DNA of 64,000 nucleotides, taken from Octopus sinensis. Its lineage: Eukaryota. Position 1 is the stretch's first letter; every line of letters starts with the position of its first letter. Of this stretch, positions 26,789 through 40,117 are shown one piece after another. The stretch spans positions 92,566,001-92,630,000 of the forward strand of contig NC_043006.1 in the NCBI RefSeq assembly GCF_006345805.1, written 5' to 3'. Both the position numbers and the translations under genes were made by a program. A model generated the notes under the pieces. That model ran no database searches. It was not told the DNA's origin and was given only the letters and a program-made list of their open reading frames with translations.

Positions 26789-28775
26789 TTAAGCATACAC
26801 AAGATATGAAGCGATATCATGAAATCTGGGTAAGTTAATGAGGCGTATCATTAAGTTGAATTTCGTTTTGTAGCTTTAAATGGTCAGCTGATCGAAATCG
26901 CATCCTATCTACCGGTTTCTCCCCCATTTACCATTATGTATATGCGCGTGCATTCCCTATTCTTTATATTAAGAGTCAGTTCTATCTTGACTCTTATTTT
27001 ATATATGGCTATCACTTGTAATGTGATCTAACCTCTATCTACCATCATGTATTCATTACCTTATCTGTATTTATACAGCTCTTTATACCCCACAAAGTTT
27101 CCCCTCACGATCTATCTCTCTTTTTCTTCGACGATGGGACTGCTTACTACTAAAATCCTCTGCTAAGTATCTACCTCAATTTTGTTTTCTTCTCTGTAAT
27201 AGTCTGCTACGATATGGAAATCCCTATATTCGTCCGCTCAAATATGCACCATATGCGCATCTGTTCTGGAAAAGGCTGTAAGAGTCTATCTGCACACCTT
27301 GTTGCACTCAGTTCTAATAAGACGTTTGTACTAATACTGCAGTTATATTTAAATATATGAATTCCATGCTGTAAACTGATTTCAATTGTTTCTACTGTGG
27401 GTGCATGTATATGTACACACACACACGCACACACACACACTCACACACGCACACTCACACAGACACACTCACACACACACACACACACACACGAATGTAT
27501 CTGGGTGTATGCCAAAGGGCCTCGGTATATTCCACAGAAAATTGTAAATTGGTCTAAATTCTCAAACACACGCATAGTTTTGTCTGCTTAAAATTTTCGT
27601 TATTGTAGTGAAAAGAAATGTTATTTGTCTTTATAAAACGCAATAGTCTATAACTTAATTCTGTGTATGAAACAACGCCTGAAATAAACTTCGTGTAACG
27701 CATTCCTCTTCGAGCTCATTCTATGTGGAAGTAGGAAACGAAACACGAACTAACTCCAGTGCAACGGGAGCTCGTTTATTTCTAACTTCGAGTGTTAAAT
27801 GAATGGGTGATTTACATGACACGGCACAGTGTTTGTAATAGTCTATAAAAGGACTAAATCTACACATTTACTTCTGGCAGCCAATCGACTTTGATTATTA
27901 ACTGCAACAGTAAACACTTGTATGTATTATTATTATAGCATTGGTTTTTATTTAAACGATTAAATTTATGGCTATATTTAAATATGTTATGTTTGTTATA
28001 TTTTAAAACAGCAAAGCGGTGAAAACACAGCACTTTATGCTTGAAGGAGTTATTGGATAGACCAGTGAGCAAATGATAAAAATAAAACATTTGGTAAAAT
28101 AATGGGAAAGACTATTCGTTTGACTACTTGGGAAGTTTATATTAACTCAAGAATCAGTAAACCAATACTTGTAAAGGAAAAAATGGCCAGAATTGTGTCT
28201 CGGTAATTATTGTCTGTAAGCCTTCACATCTTTTGATGCACTCTTGCATTGAACGGATGAAATTGCTATGTCAGTTGTACTCAAATGTGTTAATGTAGGT
28301 CATATGATGACGCCAGGACGCCGGTTGCAAGAATCATGAAATATGCGCGATGTCGACTAAGCATGACGCTAGATCTAATTACTACGAGACAAAATAATTT
28401 GTAATTAGTATACATAATACAGTTTCGCAGGAGGAAATTACAAACACATTCAATGACGACACCATAAATTGAATATACATACATACACATATATATATAT
28501 ATAGATATACATATATATATATATATAAATATATGTGTGTGTGTGTGTATTTGTAAGTATATGTTTGTATGCGTGTGACAGTATACATATGGACATATAT
28601 ACACACAGTTACATAGGGAGAATGAATGAGAAAGACATGAAGAGGAATTAACAGATACATATATCATTCTATATTGATATATAAGCATATAGTTCGTGTC
28701 GTTTTCACTTAGAACACAAATTGTTGCCTGCCAAATCTAACTCTATTTCGCACATATAGACATGTCTACTCACAC

Positions 28776-28813
28776 ATGCGAATATATAATACTAACATTC
28801 AACTAAGATATAT

Positions 28814-28891
<78 letters not shown>

Positions 28892-28929
28892 TACATATAT
28901 ATATATATATACATATATACGCACACACG

Positions 28930-28977
<48 letters not shown>

Positions 28978-29100
28978 TACGCCACGCGCATATATATATA
29001 TATATTCTTTTACTAGTTTCAGTTCGAGTGTTGTTTCCATGCTGTCTGTATATGTTATCTATACACACACACACACACACGCACACACACACACACACAT

Positions 29101-29156
<56 letters not shown>

Positions 29157-29205
29157 GCGTATGGATATGTGTGTGTGTGTGTGTGTGCGAGCGAGTGTGT
29201 GTGAT
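28776..29205. repeat. Compound (TA)n/(CA)n/(TG)n microsatellite
   Basis: Read directly. Confidence 0.9.
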
Positions 29206-30004
29206 GTGTGCTATTGCATCTGTGGCATATGTGTTTTCACGTATGTGTGTACATGAAATAGTTTTATAGAAAATAACACACTACCAACATACTAATTCAA
29301 GCGGTGCATCTGTTAATTACCATTTGCACTATCAAAGAATGAATCTATATAAGTAGACACCAAATATCTAATTAAAAATATTTACTTTCTAATTACGCAT
29401 TCTACTTACTGATTTTCCCATAATACTACCCACACATTTTCTCGTCTCTGACTGATGTTTTGTTCTCTTTTCTTAATTTTCTGTGACACATTCTGTGGAC
29501 ACGTATTCCTATTTCTATATATTGAATGTGTTGTCATTTATGTCTGCGATTGTTAATGGATACTAAGTTTAATATACACGTGTGTGTGTGTGTTGTATGC
29601 GGCCGGAAACGCATCTGTCCATGTGAGATTACACACGCGCAATACTAATATTATTAGAGATATTTGACTGTGGAAAGGAACTTATTTATAGATATCTTTG
29701 GGTATCCAACGCAACTTATGTCCGATAGCCTCTGTTTCGAAAGGTCTTTCATAATTGAACATTCTTATTCTTCACCTCGAACATTGTGACATACAGTCAT
29801 GTATATATTACACACACACACATATGCACACTTACACATAAACATTTATATCTGCGTATGATTATTTCTTGCAATATCGACTCTCGAGTCACGTCACATA
29901 CAGCTAAAAATAATGTCACTAATATATCGGGTTGAAAAACTATTTTCCAAACAGAAAGTTGTAGGCCGCCTTCAAATCAACAATATATTATAAATAATAT
30001 ATAT

Positions 30005-31170
30005 AAATAATGCGGTTTCTTATACTTCTTTTATTTTCAAAATTAAGATAAAGTTCTTTTTTAATTTAAAATTTACTCTCCTTCATTTTCTACAATGCTC
30101 TTCCATCTACCCGGTATACTTGCATGGTCCCTTTTCCAAAATTCACTGGTCCGTGACGAAACATGCTCCTCCAGTACTGTTTTGATCTCGTCTACAGAAT
30201 TCATATTTTTTCCGTCTAAATAATTTTAAAGACTGCGGAATAAATGATAATCAGATGGGACAGTGTGTGTGAGGCATTGTTTCCCATTCAAACTGCTCCA
30301 GCCTTTGGAATGTCATCCTCGCTCTATATGGCCGAGTATTATCCTGATGTAAGAACACCTTTCGTCTTCGAAACCAAAAATTGTCGTTTTCTTCTACCGC
30401 TGACTTAGCCGGTCAAGCTGTTCGCAGTAGATCTCCTTTGTTATCGTTTGCCTTGGGTTTAAAAGTTCAAAGTGGACTAAACCTTTCATATCCCACCAAA
30501 CACATAATAACACCTTACGTGGGTGAAGACCTTCTTTAGCCTCAGGTGCAGCTATTTCTCCTTCCCAACCCACTGTCTTCGGCGCGTGACAATTTTTGTA
30601 GAGAACGCATTCCTCGTCACCAGTTACCATTAGGTCCAAAAAGAGGTTCATTCGTGAGACGTGACGGCAAAGAAGAGCACACGATTAAACTCGGAAAGTG
30701 CGTGAAGAGCCTATTAACCCAATTTCCTGACTTTTCAGATGGCACGCAGGTGTCGCTGAATGGTTGAATGACCAAATCCAAGCTTCACTGCTAGTTTCTC
30801 AATAGTTACGATGAGATTTTGTTCCACCAGTGTTTGAAGGACGTTCTCTTCGAGCGCTACAGATCTTCCGAGGATCGTCTTCTAGGCTGTAGTTTCCGGC
30901 TCGGAATTTCTGGAACACTATTGACACTGGCTTACGCTTATTGTCCGATTCCCATATACTCCACTAATATTCCTTGCACTTTCTGTTGTGTTGTTGCCTT
31001 TATTGAACTCATGAAGCAAACTATACGGAATATGTTCCTTTGTCACTTTCGTTATAGCTTAAAACACATAACACATAAAATTGAACTGCACTCTTCAAAA
31101 CTTGCACTAAGATTAAGTGCTAGGTGAAATTACTACCTGCTTTTATAGCAAGTTGATGCAAGTAATTTAT
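30005..31170 (-). mobile_element. Decayed mariner transposon
   Basis: Translations include HEFNKGNN..ESARNI (HTH), VTGDE (first catalytic Asp), LHPRKVLLCVWWDMKG and YCEQLDRL. QDNTRPY and SDYHLFRSL occur in other frames. TIRs are not recognisable. Confidence 0.88.
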
Positions 31171-31319
31171 CCCGTTCCCCCTCTGACTTTTAGTTCTTGC
31201 AATTGATAAAAAAATCACATTATTTATGAGATGACCGTAAGGCGTAGGCCACGTGTCATTGACCCCCCACCCAACCCCATGCAATTCAGGCTTTTGGGCT
31301 TACGATAGATAAGTTCCCT

Positions 31320-31575
31320 GCAGCTCAATTTCTCAACAGCCCCTACTCCCTTTAACAGTATCCCAAACCAAATCAGCTTGAAAGTAAACTTGGACAAATT
31401 TTTTCAAGAGATACCGGATAAGCCAGCTCTACCTGGATACATCTCAGTCAACATCTCCCTACTCGAATGGATCATGATACTTCAAGGATTTGCTTAAAAT
31501 TTACTTAACAGTTCCTACCAGGTGGCGCTATTATGTTAGGCATGACCTAGCCCAAAGTTTGACCGAAACATATCG
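31320..31575 (+). mobile_element. CR1/L2-type LINE 3' end
   Basis: Translates FNSIPNQISLKVNLDKFFQEIPDKPALPGY...SLLEW, followed by a short 3' UTR with the hairpin TTAGGCATGACCTAG. Confidence 0.6.
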
Positions 31576-31753
31576 AGGATATCTAAATTATCTTTCTCTC
31601 TCTCTCATACATATATATATGTATGCAAATATATATGTATATATATATATATATATATAATTTCAACAATTGAGGGTAAAATTAATTAATTAATCAATTT
31701 CACCAAGTGTTCAGTATGCAAAGGGACCATTTAAGGCGAATTCAAATTATTAC

Positions 31754-32040
31754 ATTATATAAAAGGGCTTAGTAAAATAAATTACTTTGCCGCATACTGA
31801 ACTCATTAGAAATAGCAGCTAAAAAAACATTTATAAAACTATTTCTAATACTTAAAGAAAACCTCTCTCATATAGTGTTTGCTCAATTCAACCCCTCATA
31901 CTTCCGTGAGTTGAATTGAGCAAACACTATATGAGAGAGGTTTTCTTTAAGTATTAGAAATAGTTTTATAAATGTTTTTTTAGCTGCTATTTCTAATGAG
32001 TTCAGTATGCGGCAAAGTAATTTATTTTACTAAGCCCTTT

Positions 32041-32048
<8 letters not shown>
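31754..32048. repeat. 295-bp palindrome (139-bp arms, 17-bp spacer)
   Basis: 31754-31892 is the reverse complement of 31910-32048, with no mismatch seen by eye. Spacer is CCCTCATACTTCCGTGA. Confidence 0.95.
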
Positions 32049-32114
<66 letters not shown>

Positions 32115-32779
32115 GTGTGTGTATACGCACGCACACACACACTCATACATAAGTACCCTCCACAATGACTTAATGTCATATATTTAATAAACACTTTTCG
32201 TATGAATCAATATTCTTTGCTATTTTCAAAATATATTTTTGTAGATTTTTATTTTCAAATCTTAATCTTTGAAGGTGTATTTCACTTGAAAGATGTAGCT
32301 TCAAAGTCACACTAGATCTATAACGATTTTGACACGAAATAATCGAAACCATTTTCTGGGAAGACGCTCAACAATTGCAATAGATCACCCAACTCAATGT
32401 TGAAATGAAATTTTTACAGCGTTAAATTTATTGTCTCTCGTATCGAACTTGGTGATTGATGGCAAGGCTTTATTTCAAATGCAAATAAGGAGATCAACAA
32501 ATACTTCAACATTCAATCTGCTAAATATTAACATAACTCTGTGTATGTGCACGTTTATATGTGCTTTTTGTTGGGAAGACCACAGCGGAAAACACTATTC
32601 GATGTGTTTGAAGGATTGGAGGTTGAGAAGAATAACAGTCATGAAGTTCTTATTTACTGCGATTCAGTTTTAAAAATTATATCAATAAAACAAATTTTAA
32701 AATTTCAAACTTTAATATTTCCATCGGTGCAGTCAGACAGTAAAGATTCTTCCGAGGTCCCTGTTTGATGGTGCATAAT

Positions 32780-32885
<106 letters not shown>

Positions 32886-34455
32886 ACTTCTATATGTTCA
32901 TTAGTTTTTTTTTTCCTTGGTCGGGTCGTGTTTTATCTGTTGTCGTGTTAATAATTTGTTTATGTGTTGGCGAGTAGGAGAGTTGGTATGGCATTTTGAA
33001 TTATTTGCGTCTTTATGTATTTTTGTTTATAATTTTCATTTAAGTAATTTATATTTCACTCGTGTGTATGGGTGAGTATTTGTAAGGATTATTAATTAAA
33101 TGTTTTGAATGAAAATGTTTGGAAAAAGTTTATGTCTAAAAGCTATTAAATGTGTGATCTATTTAGCTGTATTTCTAATAAATAGGGCTTTGCATGACTG
33201 ATTTGTGAGTGAGGAGAGTGTTATGAGGACATATTTTTATTGAATTGCTTGAACAAATACCTGTGTACGTATGTGTGTGTGTGTTTATGTGTGTCCGTGT
33301 GTGAAGTTGTAGTTCATTAGTATTTGACATATCTTCAAAAAAATATGTGTATGCAGCGGTGAGTTGGTGGTTAGTTGATGTAGTGTGTCAATTTAGGTAT
33401 TGATCATGACTATGGGAGAAAAATATAATGCGTGGGTTATGGGGTGCTGATTGTGAATAATGGTATATCTATTTCAAAGAATGTCTGACTAGAAAAAAAA
33501 GGAAAATATATGTGGTGGTGGTGGTGGTGAATTTGCTTATGAAATATTTTGTATAAAACAATTTCTAATGTGTGGTGATTTTTTATGACTCCATGATTAT
33601 AAAGAATATATATATATATGAGTCAAAAAGTAGATGCACAGTTAAATGGGAAACAGACGGAGGTCACCAAATCTTCATTCGTTATCTGCCAGAAGCTCAA
33701 ACGCAATTTCGTGGCTTCAGCGATAAAACTGTTCCCTCTGGTGGGGCCGGAGTTAAGAGGCCGCTGTGAAATAGCAACCCAACGAACAAGGAAACAAACA
33801 TGATAATGAAAAAAATAAACAACTATGCAATACAGAGAGTGAACATGGAAATATGAGATTCATGTAATTGAAGCTAATACATTTAGTGGAGAGTCGAGTA
33901 ACAAAGACGAAAACAAACGTACGAACAAAGTGAAATAAATAAACAGAATACGGCCTTAGACAGGAGACAAAAACATGGGTAATGCCTGGGAAAATAGCCA
34001 AAAGGGTTAACAGAGGGACTGCGAAGCGTGATGAGAGTAGGAGGCGAGAGAAAATGCTACCGGTGGCGGGAAAAGGAAAAACAGAAGACGATGACGAGTC
34101 GGTAGTGGGGGGGGGGGGTAGAAGGCAGAGAGAGACACACAGAGAGCAGAGGTGGGAGGCAAAACCATATATAGGAAAGAACGCGTCACCAAGTTTTGCG
34201 GCTTATTCCAGTTTTACCTTATTAGGTATAAAACTGTTTCCTTTCACACTACAGTATACTATATAACTCATCTATAAAACTATGGCCAAGCGTTTATATA
34301 ATGACTGATGTAAAGATTCAGTCAATATATATGAAGAAAATGGCACGTATGCAAATTGGTCTATCCAGGTCGATTTTGCCACGCATTGGGTATATTAGCG
34401 TTGCCTTCGTATATAGCAAAGGCGCACATCTGACGAAGATGAGTTCAAACATGCG

Positions 34456-34488
<33 letters not shown>

Positions 34489-34878
34489 TGTATGTATAAT
34501 AGCATCTTCTTTCACTGTAAAAAAAAACTGACTGTCTGTAGACATGAAGATCACTCACGTCGCTGCATACAATGTTGGCTAAACATCTTTAGTTATCAAA
34601 TGCGGTAATTTTAAATTTATGTTACATTCTCCAGCGTACTCTGCAGCGAATATAAATAGCTATGGTGTAGTCACGATGCCGTAAAGCATGCAATATACAT
34701 ATTTGTTTAGCCATTAAAGCTATGTCCTAATAATCGTATCCATTAAATAGTAACTTACCAGACGTGATCGTCGACGTCAATGGCATGGTAGGGATGTAGT
34801 AATCAAAGGAGTGGTTAAAAAACTGTTAAACATACGAAGAGAATCTCATTAGTCATGTGTATAAAGAGAACAACTGGA

Positions 34879-35316
34879 GGATCTTTTCGGTTTGAACGGC
34901 AGTTTTTTTCTAGCGGTGTCATATGAAATTGTCACCCATAATTATGACCCTAGAATCGATCTATTGCATTTCAATCTCTTTTAGGGTTAGGGTTAGTTAT
35001 GGTTAGTTAGGGTTAGGGGTGGCGGAAGGGTATCTTTTTTTCTTCACAAATGTAAATAAACCCAATCTGTTTCTTAAACGAGGGACTTATTCATACGGCA
35101 CATAATGCTTTTTAACTCAATAGATGTCACTGATTGGTTGAAATTGCAGCAATTGAAGAAAAAACAACAACAAATATCTTACAAACTATAGAATTTTCTC
35201 AATAAAGCCAAGAGAAAAAGATGTTTTATAAACACATTCTACCAGTATACGAAGTTTAACATTTTTTAGTTACCTAGAAATTATGTTAAAAACTGCAGTT
35301 CAAACCGAAAAGATCC
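34879..35316. mobile_element. 438-bp MITE with 29-bp TIRs and an 8-bp TSD (Merlin- or hAT-like)
   Basis: TIRs GGATCTTTTCGGTTTGAACGGCAGTTTTT and AAAAACTGCAGTTCAAACCGAAAAGATCC (1 mismatch). Perfect TSD CAACTGGA at 34871-34878 and 35317-35324. Internal TTAGGG repeats. Confidence 0.9.
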
Positions 35317-35345
35317 CAACTGGATATATTTACAAATAGTCTACA

Positions 35346-35730
35346 GACGCAGGAGTGGCTGTGTGGTAAGTAGGTTGCTTACCAACCACATGGTTCCGGG
35401 TTCACTCCCACTGCGTGGCACCTTGGGCAAGTGTCTTCTACTATAGCCTCGGGTCGACCAAAGCCTTGTGAGTGTATTTGGCAGACGGAAACTAAAAGAA
35501 GCCCGTCGTATATATGTGTGTGGGAGTATGTGTGTGGGTGTGTGTGTGTGTGTTTATCTCCCAACATCGCTTGACTACCGATACTGGTGTGTTTACGTCC
35601 CCGTAACTTAGCGGTTCGGCAAAAGAACCCGATAGTACTAGGCTTAAAAAAGAATAAGCTTTGGGTCGATTTCTTCGACTAAAAGCAGTGCTCCAGCATG
35701 GCCGCAGTCAAATGACTGAAACAAATAAAA
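35346..35730 (+). mobile_element. Full-length tRNA-derived SINE
   Basis: A-box-like GGCTGTGTGGTAAG, B-box-like GGTTCACTCCC, an internal GT microsatellite, and 3' tail ATGGCCGCAGTCAAATGACTGAAAC. Several partial copies occur in this window. Confidence 0.8.
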
Positions 35731-35794
35731 AACTAAAAAGACTAAAAGGCAGACAAAATTTCAAAATGTGTATTTCAAAATTTTACTTTGAGTA

Positions 35795-35808
35795 GTGTGT
35801 GTGTGAGA

Positions 35809-35888
<80 letters not shown>
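35795..35888. repeat. (GT)n microsatellite
   Basis: Read directly. Confidence 0.95.
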
Positions 35889-35890
<2 letters not shown>

Positions 35891-36439
35891 CTGTTCATCT
35901 CTATCTCAATTTCTGTATGTACAAAACATATTTCAATCGTAAACTTGATGCGTGGGCGAACGTATATTTTATAATTGGCGCGTATATATATATTGTGAAA
36001 TCCCTGTAGCTTCATTTTTACTTGAGATAATTATGAGCCATAACTATGATCGAATTACATTGTTCTATATTAAAATATATAGTCACCATATTTAGTCTCT
36101 TCTAGCATAGCTGCAGCCTTTAGGCTGACACTTAAAGAAAAAATGAAAGAATGCGCTTAGAATATAAATATTCTGTAATTTTCGAAAGCTGTCAGCCGCA
36201 AGTAATGTTGTGGAGAATACTGATACACGAAACACGAATGAAATATTTTTCTTATATCTCAAAGTTTCTACAGAATAAAAAGTACAATTCATGCACACAT
36301 ATAATCTATCTGTGTGTATAGTAATCTGCATATACGCAGATGCTCACAGTCTAGCATTGATATATATATATATATATAATATATACATATACACACACAC
36401 ACACAAATATATATATATATATATTATATATATATATAT

Positions 36440-36515
<76 letters not shown>

Positions 36516-37149
36516 TTATAAATAAGGGTTAATTGCAACAAGTTGCTCAAAACCACATACCGAAAAAAAAAAATTAATATATATATATATATAAATATGC
36601 GACAACAAATACTATTTGTCTTTTGTAATAGAAACAAAGGGCTTTATAGGACTAACTTGCCCAAATATAAATGAGACAAAGATAAAGAAACATTGGTTAT
36701 AGAACAAGCAAAATTTGGGTCAACGCCTTTACATACAACAACTCCCACCAAACATCCATAAGTCTTTTGGGCCAAAAACTTTGAATAGATTTACTGAGAT
36801 GATCCCTTTTTCAACCATAGTTTTCGTTCACCTTCTTGAAAGTGTATAGAAATAAAAGTAGATGTAATAAAATTGTTTAGTGTTACGGGGATTTGAAACC
36901 GGCGACGTTGAATTTCTGTTAACTACAACCATTTAGCAATAAATTTTGCTTTTTATTAGAAAATTTGGACTCGTCCGTTGATGTTTTTTTTCTTTTGAAT
37001 GTTGAGTTTGACCTGTGAAATCTGCTCATTATGAACGTTTTGCACGTACTTGTGTGGAGGGAGTAAAAGACATTTTTTTTTCAAGATGTGTGTGAATTTG
37101 ACCTGTGGAAGTCTGTTTATTTATGAACTTTGGACGTACTTGTATGAAG

Positions 37150-37254
37150 TAAGTCTATCTACCTATGTATCTACCTATCTATCGATTTACCTATCAATCT
37201 ATCTACCTATCTACCTATCTATCGATCTACCTATCTATATATCTATCTATCTAC

Positions 37255-37286
<32 letters not shown>

Positions 37287-37312
37287 GTATCTATCTATCT
37301 ATCTATCTATCT
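37150..37312. repeat. (ATCT)n/(ACCT)n array at the Tx1 5' junction
   Basis: Read directly. Confidence 0.9.
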
Positions 37313-39974
37313 GAAACAAGGGTACCTTCCCCTTGGACACAAGGATACCTCTTAAATGACATAAAGTCACACAAGTTAGAAATCATAGCCTCCACAATCC
37401 GCGGGCCCTAAAGACCATGTTTGGCGGACAGTTCAACATTTATTTTTTCCCCTGTCTGCCAAGGGTCGGTAGTGGCACCGCGGTACCTTTTCGCAAGAGT
37501 CTGGATCTCAAAGTAAAGACAATATTCGTAGACCCGGAGGGTAGACTGGTCGTCCTGGATGTCGACGGCAGCAATGGGTGCGCTTTTCGACTTGTATCAG
37601 TCTACGCACCGCCTTTAACAGGTCGAGCGGATTTCTTTCAACGTAGTATTCTTAGGAACGCCTCGTCCTTTACTCTTAGTGGGGGATTGGAATGCTACCT
37701 TGAACACACATGAAGACTACGTGGGCAGAGATAGGAATAGACGGGGATGCAAAAGCCTCAGAGACCTGCTCAGACGCTTTCAACTGTCTGACAGGTACCG
37801 ATTCGACCACTCGAATGCGCCAACGTGGACATGCAGCAACCGCATCGAGATCGTATCTAGATAGGATACTGTGTAGGACAGTAGATAGAGATAGCGTAGG
37901 ATGTCCACAATTCCACATAGTCAACTACACAGATCACAAACTTGTGACATGCACGCTAGACTTAGTTAAGACACATAGGCAGGGTCCCGGATACTGGAAA
38001 CTAAACTCGTCTTTCCCATCGAGACAGGTTTTCAGAGACCGGATTAGCACACTAGTAAAGAGGGCTTTGACGGGAGCCATCATCAACAACAAATGGTGGG
38101 TTGCCCTCAAGAGAGCAGTAAAAGCATAAGCGATTAGGTACAGCAAAGCACTAGCCATAGATAAAAATAGAGTAGAGGGTGAGCTAGTTAAGAAGCTAGA
38201 AGAGGCAATTAGAAGCGGCATTGCATCCGACGTTTTGGCGGCGAGGTTGGCCCTCGACCAAAACTTCAACGCCAAACACGAAGGGTGTGTTGTCAGAGCT
38301 AGGATGCGTGCTCTAAGAAACGAAGGTGTTGGAGCCGCGCGAGAGGCCCGGAGGGCAGAGGCGCAACAGGGCAACAAAGCCGCCATTCGGTCTCTGGTAG
38401 ATGAACAGGGGCGCAAATTGCTTGAGCCAAGTAAAATGTGTGAGGCCTCTCAACAGCATTTTGCCCGACTGTTCGGGACGAGTGGCGGGCAAGAACGTAG
38501 GATGGACTTCAGTGCCTACCTACACAGCCTACCACGACTCTCGACAAAGGTGGCGGAAGTGCAGGACGCGATGGCAGAATGCTCGAGGGACATATCGCCG
38601 GGTTTGGATGGTCTACCCTACGAGATTTACAGTTGTATGCCAGACTTGTTTGGAGACGTCTTGGCAGCGGTGTACTGCAACTGGCAGAAAAACGGGAGCA
38701 TTCCTGGTTTTGTGAGCCGAGAAGCCGTAACACTGCTGAAGAAATATATAAACAAGGGGGATGTAATTGATAACTTTAGGCCCATTACTCAGCTTAATGC
38801 AGACTTGAAAATTTTGGTCAAGGTGTTAGCCAAGAGGTCGGCGCTTGTCATCGGGAAACTGGTCGACAAGGCGCAAACGTGCGCTGTCCCGGGTCGGAGC
38901 ATCCATGACAACCTCCACCTCATGCGCTACATCATAGACAGGGTAGTTAAGGAACCTGGCATGGGTGGGGCGCTGATCAATTTGGATCAATCGAAAGCTT
39001 TCGATAGAGTAGACCATCGATACTTGGAGGCTGTCCTCAGAGCGGCTGATTTCGGTCCCGTCTTCCGCGGCTGGATAGCCGCTTTGTACAGAGGTAACCA
39101 TTTGCTGTCAACACCCGTTAAAAGGAGGACTGGGTATGCCGTGGTTGATGATGCGAAGACACGCGCTGAGACTGAGACATCTCAGGCTCTACGTACACGA
39201 CGGTGAACAGGTGTGGTCGCCGTTTGTGAGGCACGCTTCCCGCAACTCGTCTCCATGACCGAACTGCACTCGTGGATCAAAAAGAGGCCGAGAAAGGGCG
39301 AATGGCACCGCGAGTGTCGCGTTGCTCTCAAGCAACTATGCCGTCCCGGGTCGACCTTAAGTGACTTCAACACAACCCAAGCATTTTATAGGGGATTAGT
39401 GAAGACGAGCTCGGGGCGAACCTGGACGTCGACGAGGAATACCTGACCCGCCTGTTCAGGACGACTTTCAGGCCAGGGCCCATGGACAACTTTCAGAGAT
39501 CCCTGGCCTGGCCCGTTCGGGATAAGCTCTATAGACATGGCTCGAGAAACACGGGACCGACTTGCCCGAGATGCGGTCAGAGCGACGAAAGCGTTCTGCA
39601 CGCACTCGTGCAGTGTCCAACAATTTCCGACCTGTGGGCTTATGTCGAACGACTGCTGTCATGTGTGGAACGAGTCGGTTTTTCAGCCGAGTCTATCGTC
39701 AATATTGTCACGCTTCCTTCCTTCAAACGGACCGAGGTAACCGTGGTCTTTTCGTAGACTTTTCTTCCCACGGATAAACTTTATCTGCTTCCCCTTCACA
39801 CTTTACACCATGACACTGTAAACATGATCCCTATTGATCGTTTTCTTTCCCCCCTTTTTTCTTCCTTCCCTTTTACGATCCTTTTTGATCGAAAACCTAA
39901 CCCACATTTTTTTTCTTTTCTCTCCCCCCAAAAGAAAAGCTCTGTGTGCAGCCCTCTGTGGCTAATAAAGAAAC
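37313..39974 (+). mobile_element. Tx1/L1-clade LINE copy 1 (5' truncated, internally deleted)
   Basis: APE endonuclease motifs (DPEGRLVVLD, VSVYAP, GDWNATL, YLDRI, TDHKLV, GYWKLNSS). RT N-terminal motifs (SPGLDGLPYE, NFRPITQLN, QTCAVPGR, LDQSKAFDRVDH). C-terminal CPRC...H...C knuckle. The 3' UTR ends AATAAAGAAAC. Confidence 0.9.
37417..39730 (+). pseudogene. Tx1-type ORF2 (APE-RT), frameshifted
   Basis: ORF pieces at 37417, 37679, 37710, 38235-39206, 39213 and 39482. RT core motifs QGCPLS and YADD are missing after 39097. Confidence 0.85.
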
Positions 39975-40117
39975 ATATCTACCTATCTATCTACCTACCT
40001 ATTTATCTATCTACCAACCTACCTACCTACCTACCTACCTACCTACCTACCTACCTACCTACCTACCTATCTATCTATCTATCCTATCTATCTATCTATC
40101 TATCTATCTACTTACCT

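Noticed and set aside
31896-31909. 14-bp match TCATACTTCCGTGA between the palindrome spacer and about 1639-1652
   Set aside because: Several 14-mer matches are expected by chance in 64 kb, and the flanks are unrelated.
33600-34260. Purine-rich segment resembling the reverse complement of the 25.6-26.3 kb interior (possible Penelope UTR)
   Set aside because: The similarity is compositional only. I could not align it or define its ends.
37000-37145. Two imperfect approximately 55-bp repeats 90 bp apart
   Set aside because: Real but short and diverged. It is probably a local duplication with no further structure.
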